64,000 nucleotides of DNA. Source: an uncultured delta proteobacterium. GTDB taxonomy: Bacteria > Desulfobacterota > RBG-13-43-22. Each line of letters opens with the position of its first letter. Positions within the stretch are counted from its first letter, which is position 1. Under the pieces are notes generated by a model, which worked only from the letters and a program-made list of their open reading frames with translations, was not told where the DNA came from and did no database searches. Below are positions 51,916 through 60,812 of this stretch, one piece after another. The stretch is from positions 1 through 64,000 of the forward strand of contig CAWJJC010000015.1 of assembly GCA_963843145.1 (NCBI GenBank). The letters are read 5' to 3'. The translations under genes were made by a program, and so were the position numbers.

Positions 51916-53163
51916 ATGGACAAAATCAAGCGACAGGGAATGGTATTGGTCCGAAACGCCGAACTGCGCAGGCAAGCCGAGGAGATCGCCCGGGATAAAG
52001 CGGCCCAGTCGTCGGAAGTCCTGGAGGCTCTATCGCCCGAAGAAACGTGGCAGATGCTCCATGAACTGCGGGTGCACCAGATCGAGCTGAAGATGCAAAA
52101 TGAGGAACTGCGTCGGGCTCAGCAGGAACTTGAGACGTCCAGGACCAGATACTTTGACCTTTATGATCTGGCGCCGGTCGGCTATCTGACCTTAAGCGAA
52201 AAAGGGCTTATCCTAGAGGCCAATCTCACCGCAGCAGGTCTGTTGGGCCGGGAAAGAGGCGCGCTGGTCAAGCAGCCGTTTACCCGGTTTATTCTCAAGG
52301 AGGACCAGGACCTCTTCTATCGGTACCGCAAACAGCTTCTTGGAACGGGCGCTCAGCAAACCTACCAACTGCGAATGGTGAAAAAGGACAAAACAGTATT
52401 CTGGGTGCGTATAGAGGCGGCCACTGTTCAGGACCCTAAGGGTCCGCTCGTATTCCGCGTAGTGATAAGCGATATCACCGAGCTTAAGAGGATCGAGGAG
52501 AAATTGCGGGAGGGCGAGGCGTGTTACCGACGACAGGTCCTCGCCGCCCAGGAGAATGAAAGAAAACGGATCGCCCTGGAAATTCATGATAGTTTGGGGT
52601 CCAACCTGGCTGCCATTAAATTCAAGGTGGAAGAGGCCTTACTTCGTTTTCCTAAAGACGATATTTCTAAATCCCTGGAGGCCCTCACTCCCCTCATCAA
52701 GTATTCGATTGCCGAAGCCCGCAGAATTCAGATCGATTTGCGCCCCCCTCTTTTGGACGATCTGGGTATTGTGGTCACCCTTTCCTGGTTATGCCGGACC
52801 TTTGAAACGATTTACTCCGGCATCAAGGCTGAACTAGCGGTTAGCATCCTGGAAAAGGATGTGCCGGATCAAATTAAGATCGCCCTTTTCAGGACCGCCC
52901 AAGAGGCCATGAATAATATCGGAAAACATGCCAAGGCCAAAGCGATGCATCTCGTGCTGCGAAAAGTCGACGACACCATAGAACTGTGTATTAGAGATAA
53001 TGGAGAAGGATTTGATCCGAAAAGTCTGTCCTCAAGTGAGAATTCAAAAAAAGGCCTTGGGCTTACCAGCATGAAAGAGCGGGTTGAATTCTCAGGTGGT
53101 TCTTTTTCTATTGAGTCCGCCATAGGAAAAGGGACGGTTATCCGGGCCGATTGGCCCGTCTGA
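51916..53163 (+). CDS. PAS sensor histidine kinase (HisKA_3, NarX/UhpB type)
   Basis: ERKRIALEIHD, LRP..LDDLG, QEA.NN..KHA, DNG.GF, GLGL..MKERV. Confidence 0.92.
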   Translation: MDKIKRQGMVLVRNAELRRQAEEIARDKAAQSSEVLEALSPEETWQMLHELRVHQIELKMQNEELRRAQQELETSRTRYFDLYDLAPVGYLTLSEKGLILEANLTAAGLLGRERGALVKQPFTRFILKEDQDLFYRYRKQLLGTGAQQTYQLRMVKKDKTVFWVRIEAATVQDPKGPLVFRVVISDITELKRIEEKLREGEACYRRQVLAAQENERKRIALEIHDSLGSNLAAIKFKVEEALLRFPKDDISKSLEALTPLIKYSIAEARRIQIDLRPPLLDDLGIVVTLSWLCRTFETIYSGIKAELAVSILEKDVPDQIKIALFRTAQEAMNNIGKHAKAKAMHLVLRKVDDTIELCIRDNGEGFDPKSLSSSENSKKGLGLTSMKERVEFSGGSFSIESAIGKGTVIRADWPV

Positions 53164-53275
53164 TTATGAAGGCCTGGGCGGGCCGAGGGCCTTGTGGCAG
53201 AGTATTTACAAATGATAACCAACGAAAAGGCATTTCAAATTTGTTGACGTTATGATAAAAAATGGGTTGGGAAAA

Positions 53276-53459
53276 TTATTAACGGTCTCAAAATAATATT
53301 GACAGGATTCCTTGAAGCCGCCAGTCACAACCAAAGACAAAAGACGATCTCTCGCAAGAGCAACTTGGTCTTTCTCTGCGCCCTCGGCGAACTCGAGCGA
53401 AGCGGGCGAGAGACAAAAAGAAAACACCCCTGTAACTACAATTATGAGACCGTTAATAA
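53276..53459. repeat. Small MITE-like element with perfect 15-bp inverted ends
   Basis: ttattaacggtctca (53276-53290) / tgagaccgttaataa (53445-53459); one similar end also at ~14609. Confidence 0.6.
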
Positions 53460-53553
53460 AATAGATTTTTTGAGTTTCTTGGGAAACGTTTTTATCGAGG
53501 GAAGGTCAATGGAAGAATACTATTCTCCCTTTCTCAAATGAGAGACTTACAAG

Positions 53554-55356
53554 ATGAGAGATAATGAAAAGACCAAAGCCCAACTGATCGAGGATTTGAA
53601 TGGTCTGCGCTTGAGAGTTACTGAACTGGAAAAGTTTGAAATCGAGCACAAGCAGACCGAAGGAGCTATTAAGAATTTAGCGAAGTTTCCCTCCGAAAAC
53701 CCTAATCCTGTACTACGTTTGAGTCAAGAGGGTATTATCCTGTTTGCTAACGAGGCCAGTAAGGCCCTGCTCCGAGATTGGCAGTGTGAGGTGGGCGGCT
53801 ATGCTCCTGCATTTTGGCACAATTTAGTTATTGAGGCCTTCAAAGATCAATCTCCGAAAACCGTTGATGTCCAATTTGGTGATAAGTTTTATATGTTTGA
53901 TATCGCCCCTGTCCCCCATACTAACTATGCCAACCTTTACGGTCGTGACAACACCGAACGCCAACGAGCGGAAGTTGAAAATAGGCGCAACGAGGCACGG
54001 CTGGAAAGCTTGCTGAAGATATCCCAGTATCGCGCCGACTCGACTCAAGAGCTTCTGGATTTCGCCCTTGAAGAAGCCATTGCCCTCACAAACAGCAAGA
54101 TCGGCTATGTTTACTTCTATGACGAGACCAAGAAAGAGTTTATTCTCAACACCTGGTCCAAAGAGGTCATGAATCAGTGCACCATTGCCGAGCCACAAAC
54201 TCTCTATCACCTCGATAAAACCGGGATCTGGGGAGAGGCCGTGCGGCAGGGTAGACCGATTATTCTCAATGATTTCCAGGCAACCCATCCATTAAAAAAG
54301 GGATACCCTGACGGCCATGCGCCCCTCTACAAGTATTTGACCGTTCCCGTCTTTTCCGATGACCGCATCGTGGGAGTTGTCGGCGTGGCCAATAAAGAAA
54401 CGGACTATAACCCCTCCGATGTGCGCCAGCTCACCCTGCTCATGGACTCGGTCTGGAAAATCTTCGAACGCAAGCGGACCGAGGAGGCACTGCGAGAAAG
54501 TGAGCAGCGCTACCGCAGTTTATTTGAATCGATGGACGAGGGATTCGCCCTTTGTGAGATGGTCTATGACGTAGTCGAGGGCAAGCCCATAGACTTCCGT
54601 TACCTGGTCGTCAACCCCGCCTTCGGCAAGCTGACCGGCCTACCGGTCGACCAAGTCGTAGGACGAACGGTGAAGGAAGTGATCCCGGGAATTGAGTCTT
54701 TCTGGATTGAGTCTTTCGACTGCGTGGTGCAGAGCGGTCGGGATGAAAGGTTTTCCAACCCCGTGGCGGAACTGGGAAAGGAATATGAAGCCTACGCCTG
54801 GCGCTCGGATGTCGGGCGGTTCGCGGTTGTCTTCAGCGACGTAACGGAGCGCAAAAGGGCCGAGGAAGCTCTCAAGGCATTGTCTCTTAAAGATGAACTG
54901 ACCGGCCTGTATAACCGCCGGGGTTTCTTTACTTTGGCCGAACAGGGCTTGAAGGCGGCCCAACGGATGGGAATAGAAATGCTGGCCATTTTCGGAGACT
55001 TGGATAATCTGAAATATATTAATGATACCTTCGGCCATAAAGAAGGCGACCAAGCCTTGGTAGAAACATCACAGATACTTAAAGAAACCTTTCGGGAATC
55101 GGATATCATCGCCCGCATAGGAGGGGATGAATTCGTCATTCTGGCCATGAACAGCTTTAAGACCTCGGCCGAGAAACTGATCAACCGGATCGAGCAGGCC
55201 TTGAATGACCATCCTCTCCAAAAAAAAGGCCCCTATAAAATCTCTCTAAGCTTAGGTATTGCCTGTTTTGATCCCCAAAACCCTTGCTCCTTAGATGTCC
55301 TCCTGGCCGAGGCCGATAAGATGATGTATCAGAATAAACAAAAGAAGAATAGATAG
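53554..55356 (+). CDS. PAS-GAF-PAS diguanylate cyclase
   Basis: D.LTGLYNRR, K.IND.FGH..GD, RESD I-site, GGDEF. Confidence 0.93.
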   Translation: MRDNEKTKAQLIEDLNGLRLRVTELEKFEIEHKQTEGAIKNLAKFPSENPNPVLRLSQEGIILFANEASKALLRDWQCEVGGYAPAFWHNLVIEAFKDQSPKTVDVQFGDKFYMFDIAPVPHTNYANLYGRDNTERQRAEVENRRNEARLESLLKISQYRADSTQELLDFALEEAIALTNSKIGYVYFYDETKKEFILNTWSKEVMNQCTIAEPQTLYHLDKTGIWGEAVRQGRPIILNDFQATHPLKKGYPDGHAPLYKYLTVPVFSDDRIVGVVGVANKETDYNPSDVRQLTLLMDSVWKIFERKRTEEALRESEQRYRSLFESMDEGFALCEMVYDVVEGKPIDFRYLVVNPAFGKLTGLPVDQVVGRTVKEVIPGIESFWIESFDCVVQSGRDERFSNPVAELGKEYEAYAWRSDVGRFAVVFSDVTERKRAEEALKALSLKDELTGLYNRRGFFTLAEQGLKAAQRMGIEMLAIFGDLDNLKYINDTFGHKEGDQALVETSQILKETFRESDIIARIGGDEFVILAMNSFKTSAEKLINRIEQALNDHPLQKKGPYKISLSLGIACFDPQNPCSLDVLLAEADKMMYQNKQKKNR

Positions 55357-55409
55357 GGTCAGGATTTATGCCCTGTTTTTTCATTTATCCCAATAATATA
55401 ACGTTGGTT

Positions 55410-56411
55410 CTAGATTGCATATTTCTGAAGGCAGAGGTCAGGCATTTCCGGAGAGTTTGCCAACCGGGTAACGGATGAGGTCGTTGTTCCTAAGTAGCGC
55501 GCTACTTCCGCCCCTGAATATCCCCATCTCTTGACCGCCAGTTGACAGAAAAGTCTTCGGGTCTTTACTACCTTGGCGGCACGGCTTCCGGACCGAACCA
55601 AATCCCAATCGGTTCCTTCCGACCGGGAAACCCGGGAGGCCAGTGTCCCCAGTTCAACCTTCCGAGCTTTGAGCCGGAGAGTTTCCTCTAACCGTTTCTC
55701 CGCCTGGGACATGACCTCCTCAATGAACTCGCCGCTCCCCAAAATCCGCTCATCCGAGGCCATCCGCAGTTCATGCCGCCGCAGAGACAGCACTTGCGAC
55801 CAACCTCCGGCGCTGCGGATCAAACCCCCGCCAACTAAGTCAGGCCGCCGACCCATCGGGATCCCGTCGGCCACAAATCCCTCATATTCCGCTCGCGCCT
55901 TCCGCAATTTCGGACTAAAAATGGAAAGGATCGATTCGGTCTCCTGCCAGTCCCGCCCTACTTTCCCCATCAAAACCGAATGCCCGCTCCAAGGGTATTC
56001 CTTTAATTTAGGCAAATCAGCCACCACTCCCCCCCGCAGAGGATTGAGATGAATGTAGCGCGTTAACTCCAAAAGGTAGGCCTCTTCTTCGCACACGATG
56101 GATTTATAGCGATTCTGGAAAAGGTGACCAAACCGTTTATGCCGTCGGTTGAAGTTTACTACATACCCGGTCATCAATTTTCTCATATTCGTGGAGAGAG
56201 GCTGAAGACCGGTACGTACCAATAAATGCATATGATTGGGCATCAGCGCCCAGGCATAGACCACCCACGCCCCGGCGCGAGCCCTTTCCTCCAGACGGAA
56301 CAGGAAATCCTCCCGGTCTTTATGATTTCGAAAGATTTTGGTTCTTTCTATCCCTCGGGCCATGACATGGTGCAGAACCCCCGGTGCGTCTAATCGAGCT
56401 TGTCTGGGCAT
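55410..56411 (-). CDS. REP-associated tyrosine transposase-like protein (Y1_Tnp plus C-terminal HTH)
   Basis: MPR..R, HH...RG, HUH motif NHMH, GHLFQ.RY, RYIHLNP, YPWS; C-terminal HTH. Confidence 0.92.
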   Translation of the reverse strand: MPRQARLDAPGVLHHVMARGIERTKIFRNHKDREDFLFRLEERARAGAWVVYAWALMPNHMHLLVRTGLQPLSTNMRKLMTGYVVNFNRRHKRFGHLFQNRYKSIVCEEEAYLLELTRYIHLNPLRGGVVADLPKLKEYPWSGHSVLMGKVGRDWQETESILSIFSPKLRKARAEYEGFVADGIPMGRRPDLVGGGLIRSAGGWSQVLSLRRHELRMASDERILGSGEFIEEVMSQAEKRLEETLRLKARKVELGTLASRVSRSEGTDWDLVRSGSRAAKVVKTRRLFCQLAVKRWGYSGAEVARYLGTTTSSVTRLANSPEMPDLCLQKYAI

Positions 56412-56417
56412 ATTCAG

Positions 56418-56446
56418 AATTTATTACACTTCCCCTACTCTGTCAA
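56418..56446 (-). promoter_or_regulatory. sigma70-like promoter of the Y1 transposase, probably leaderless transcript
   Basis: TTGACA-N17-TAAATT then 6 nt to the ATG; identical in copy 2. Confidence 0.6.
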
Positions 56447-56473
56447 TGCAATTTAGAACCAACGTCCCGTATT

Positions 56474-57226
56474 ATGAGTGGGGGCGCGTTGAGCAACAAC
56501 CGCGCCCTGCACGGTGGCGCGCTGTACAGCCTCGGGAACGCCGCGCTGGTCATGGCCACACTGGCGGATAACCTGGCCGGCAGAGGCGGCGCCATCGAAA
56601 ACAGTAACAATTCGGCCAACACGCTGACCATCAACGCCTCTACCCTCAGCGGCAACCAGGTTTCCTTCGCGATTTATCCCGCCGTCACCACCCCGCTGGG
56701 CAGCGCCATCTTCAATACGGCGCACCTGGACATCACCAACAGCACCCTCAGCGGCAACAGCGGCAGCACGGCGCTGCAAGAAGACAACAGCGTCATTACG
56801 CTTACCAACGTCACCGTGGCGCAAAACCCGAATGGCGGACTCGGCTCTGACCAGAGCCCCAATACGAGTCAGGTGCGGTTGTTCAATACCTTGCTGGCCG
56901 GCAACGGCACGTACAACTGCGGACCGATCCTGTTCGGGACGTTTACCAGCCAGAACAGCCTTTCGAGCAACAACAGTTGCCTAACTTGGGTCGGCAACCA
57001 AAACCAAAACGGCATCGATCCGCTGTTGAGCCCGCTGGGCTTTCACGGCGGCCCCACCCTGACGCACATGTTGGCCGCCGACAGCCGGGCGGTGGACGCC
57101 GGGGCCAACTGCCCCGCGCTGGACCAGCGCGGGGGCCTGCGGCCCGTGGGTGCCGCCTGCGACATCGGCTCGGTGGAGTATGGAGCGCTCTTGCCATTGC
57201 TTTATCTGCCATTAATCTCGAAATGA
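56474..57226 (+). pseudogene. 5'-truncated duplicate of the 46481-48185 gene
   Basis: Matches 47435-48185; begins immediately at the Y1 element end; ends LYLPLISK*. Confidence 0.88.
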
Positions 57227-57484
57227 TTGAGCCGGATCGGTTAGATCTCCCCGTCCCTTGGCAATGAACATCAGCCGAAGACGGCTCAGCGGCAACAAAT
57301 CAATTGGTAATTGCTTTATTGCCACCTCCAACGGAACGCCCCCTAATATAGGTTGTTTTTACTGCCCCTCAAGGTGAATATAAGGGAATTTTAACAAGAA
57401 AATACAGGATATCCCTTATTTTGATTCAGGGAAAAACTGTTATATTGTAATCCAGGGAATAAAAAATCAAAAAAGGAGAATGCT

Positions 57485-58096
57485 ATGAAGAAAACTATGT
57501 GCCTGATCGCGAGTATTTTTTTGGGAATTGGAATTTTAGGGATTGGCTCCTACCCGAGCTTGGCCGCAGCACCCTCCTTGGCTTCCAGTGGAGACGAGGT
57601 GCCACCTGCCAAACCCATTGGTGCATCGAAATCGCTGGCCGCCTTGCCGGCACCTACCCCCGGGGAAACCTTGGTCTATTTTTTTCCATCGGACAATGAT
57701 GCCACAGCTACTGTCATGTACATGTTAAATACCGATTCTGTTCCCCATACGGTCGCTTTGAGGGGGTATAGCCAAAACGGGGTTACGGTTTATTCCCTAA
57801 ATATCGATATCGGCGCTACCAGCATGTTACGTCTGATCAGCGATTTGGTAGCGGCTAGTCCTCCACCCAGTTGGGCAGCCGACTCTAATTTAGGCACTCT
57901 TGCTCCGATCATAACCAATTTTACCGATTTTACCTATTTTGCCAGTCTATCTCTGCCGAAAGGGGTATTGGTGGACGGATATGTTATCTTTAACCCCGGT
58001 ACAGGGACGGTGGATCCTCGGAAGGACCAGGGAGCAATCCCTTTGCGTTTTATGACCCAAACGGGTGGAGTGTTCCTTCCCTTGATTTCTCGCTGA
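57485..58096 (+). CDS. Secreted hypothetical protein with C-terminal FLPLISR motif
   Basis: AAGGAG RBS, signal peptide, Pro-rich linker; ends GGVFLPLISR*. Confidence 0.8.
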   Translation: MKKTMCLIASIFLGIGILGIGSYPSLAAAPSLASSGDEVPPAKPIGASKSLAALPAPTPGETLVYFFPSDNDATATVMYMLNTDSVPHTVALRGYSQNGVTVYSLNIDIGATSMLRLISDLVAASPPPSWAADSNLGTLAPIITNFTDFTYFASLSLPKGVLVDGYVIFNPGTGTVDPRKDQGAIPLRFMTQTGGVFLPLISR

Positions 58097-58160
58097 TCGT
58101 TGAATAACCTCAATTGCTGGTAACTTCTACGGAGGAAGACCATTAGGTTGGGAGGTTGGT

Positions 58161-58267
58161 TCAAATTAAGATCGCCCTTTTCGGGACCGCCCAAGAGGCC
58201 ATGAATAATATCGGAAAACATGCCAAGGCCGAAGCGATGCATCTCGTGCTGCGAATTGAGTCCGCCA
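58161..58267 (+). pseudogene. Deletion remnants of the 51916 histidine kinase
   Basis: 58161-58255 matches 52869-52963; 58256-58267 matches 53111-53122. Confidence 0.85.
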
Positions 58268-58268
58268 G

Positions 58269-60071
58269 ATGAGAGATAATGAAAAGACCAAAGCCCAACT
58301 GATCGAGGATTTGAATGGTCTGCGCTTGAGAGTTACTGAACTGGAAAAGTTTGAAATCGAGCACAAGCAGACCGAAGGAGCTATTAAGAATTTAGCGAAG
58401 TTTCCCTCCGAAAACCCTAATGCTGTACTACGTTTGAGTCAAGAGGGCATTGTCCTGTATGCTAACGAAGCCAGTAAGGCCCTGCTCCGAGATTGGCAGT
58501 GTGAGGTGGGCGGCTATGCTCCTGCATTTTGGCACAATTTAGTTATTGAGGCCTTCAAAGATCAATCTCCGAAAACCGTTGATGTCCAATTTGGTGATAA
58601 GTTTTATATGTTTGATATCGCCCCTGTCCCCCATACCAACTATGCCAACCTTTATGGTCGTGACAACACCGAACGCCAACGAGCGGAAGATGAAAATAGG
58701 CGAAACGAGGCACGGCTGGAAAGCTTCCTGAAGATATCCCAGTATCGCGCCGACTCGACTCAAGAGCTTCTGGATTTCGCCCTTGAAGAAGCCATTGCCC
58801 TCACAAACAGCAAGATCGGCTATGTTTACTTCTATGACGAGACCAAGAAAGAGTTTATTCTCAACACCTGGTCCAAAGAGGTCATGAACCAGTGCACCAT
58901 TGCCGAGCCACAAACTCTCTATCACCTCGATAAAACCGGGATCTGGGGAGAGGCCGTGCGGCAGGGTACACCGATCATTCTCAATGATTTCCAGGCAACA
59001 CATCCATTAAAAAAAGGATACCCTGACGGCCATGCGCCCCTCTACAAGTATTTGACCGTTCCCGTCTTTTCCGATGACCGCATCGTGGGAGTTGTCGGCG
59101 TGGCCAATAAAGAAACGGACTATAACCCCTCCGATGTGCGCCAGCTCACCTTGCTCATGGACTCGGTCTGGAAAATCTTCGAACGCAAGCGGACCGAGGA
59201 GGCACTGCGCGAAAGTGAGCAGCGCTACCGCAGTTTGTTTGAGTCGATGGACGAGGGATTCGCCCTTTGTGAGATGGTCTATGACGTAGTGAGGGCAAGC
59301 CCATAGACTTCCGTTACCTGGTCGTCAACCCCGCTTTCGGCAAGCTGACCGGCCTACCGGTCGATCAAGTCGTAGGACGAACGGTGAAGGAAGTGATCCC
59401 GGGAATTGAGTCTTTCTGGATTGAGTCTTTCGACTGCGTGGTGCAGAGCGGTCGGGATGAAAGGTTTTCCAACCCCGTCGCGGAACTGGAGAAAGGAATA
59501 TGAAGCCTACGCCTGGCGCTCGGATGTCGGGCGGTTCGCGGTTGTCTTCAGCGACGTAACGGAGCGCAAAAGGGCCGAGGAAGCTCTCAAGGCATTGTCT
59601 CTTAAAGATGAACTGACCGGCCTGTATAACCGCCGGGGTTTCTTTACTTTGGCCGAACAGGGCTTGAAGGCGGCCCAACGGATGGGAATAGAAATGCTGG
59701 CCATTTTCGGAGACTTGGATAATCTGAAAAATATTAATGATACCTTCGGCCATAAAGAAGGCGACCAAGCCTTGGTATATACCTCACAGATACTTAAAGA
59801 AACCTTTCGGGAATCGGATATCATCGCCCGCATAGGGGGGGATGAATTCATCATCCTGGCCATGAACAGTTTTAAGACCTCGGCCGAGAAACTGATCAAC
59901 CGCTTCGAGCAGGCCTTGAATGACCATCCTCTCCAAAAAAAAGGCCCCTATAAAATCTCTCTAAGCTTAGGTATTGCCTGTTTTGATCCCCAAAACCCTT
60001 GTTCCTTAGATGTCCTGCTGGCCGAGGCCGATAAGATGATGTATCAGAATAAACAAAAGAAGAGTAGATAG
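58269..60071 (+). pseudogene. Duplicate PAS-GAF-PAS-GGDEF gene with frameshifts at ~59290-59490
   Basis: Near-identical to 53554-55356 but split by small indels. Confidence 0.85.
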
Positions 60072-60182
60072 GGGCAGGATTTATGCCCTGTTTTTTCATT
60101 TATCCCAAAGAAAATACTTATTAAAACCTACATTGGCGCATCTCCGGCCTACTGACCGGCGATCGGATTGACAGGACTTCTG

Positions 60183-60455
60183 TCACTGGACGGTCTCGCA
60201 CCTGGGAAAGTCGGTGTAGCCGACTTCGTCAAACGAGTACCAGACCTTCATGTCCGCCGGCGGATTTAAAGGCCAGCCGTTGACCAGCCGCTCGGCTAGA
60301 TCCGGATTGCTGATGAAGGGCCGGCCGAAAGAGATCAAATCCGCCTGGCCGCTCTGAATTGCCGCCTCCGCGGTTTCCTTGGTGTACCCACAATTCCCCA
60401 TGAGCGGCCCCTCAAATACCTCCCGGAATTCACCCAGGGTCATGGGCGCCCCGTA
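60183..60455 (-). pseudogene. C-terminal remnant of an Old Yellow Enzyme (alkene reductase)
   Basis: N.GY....AE..I..G.ADL..FGR.FI.NPDL..R...G.PLN...Y....GYTD.P; 5' part cut off at the mobile element. Confidence 0.85.
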
Positions 60456-60634
60456 GATGTAGATGGGACGCGTAATATGGGACATCCTATAATCATCCTG
60501 TCAAGAGGAAATATTTCATTTTGAGAAAAATAACGATTTTGATGGGATAGGATTTGGGCTCATTTTTTGAACGCACCTCCCCTTATACGCCTGACGCAGA
60601 CGTGATTTATAATGATATCCCCAGTGCTCACCAA

Positions 60635-60795
60635 CCGCGAACTTTAAACCTCAGCGTTATCAGTATCCGGCATCCCGTCCTGGACAGGCGCCCATCATCC
60701 CTTATCCAGGTTTTAAAGTTTAGTGAGCGGCCCTGATTGTCCCCCTCGAGGTCCATAAAAGGCCTCTACGTTGGTGCCTCGGGCTCGCTAAAGGG
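60635..60795 (-). ncRNA. Predicted bridge/seek RNA of the IS110 element
   Basis: Two stem-internal loop-stem modules after the recombinase stop; loop 1 has ACCAACGU and GGGAC (target), loop 2 has GGAUG and AUAAC (donor junction). Confidence 0.78.
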
Positions 60796-60812
60796 AATTA
60801 AGAGTTTTCTGC

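Larger units (their letters stand above)
55394..56474 (-). mobile_element. Y1/HUH (RAYT-like) element copy 1 with terminal inverted repeats
   Basis: acgttggttctagattgcat (55401-55420) / atgcaatttagaaccaacgt (56446-56465); near-identical second copy at 62233-63297. Confidence 0.85.

Noticed and set aside
32750-53640. Shared N-terminal KT..QLI..L..LR.R..ELE segment in the kinase and the cyclase
   Set aside because: Common coiled-coil leader of PAS signalling proteins; not distinctive.
47435-57226. DGR-style template/variable repeat pair between the duplicated C-terminal gene segments
   Set aside because: Differences are not confined to adenines, and the homology is part of a multi-kb duplication.
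21001-59490. Programmed frameshifting or phase variation at the split genes (~21192, ~33965, ~35850, ~47455, ~47727, ~59290-59490)
   Set aside because: No slippery heptamers or long tracts; scattered 1-2 nt indels fit sequencing error or decay. Raw reads are needed to decide.
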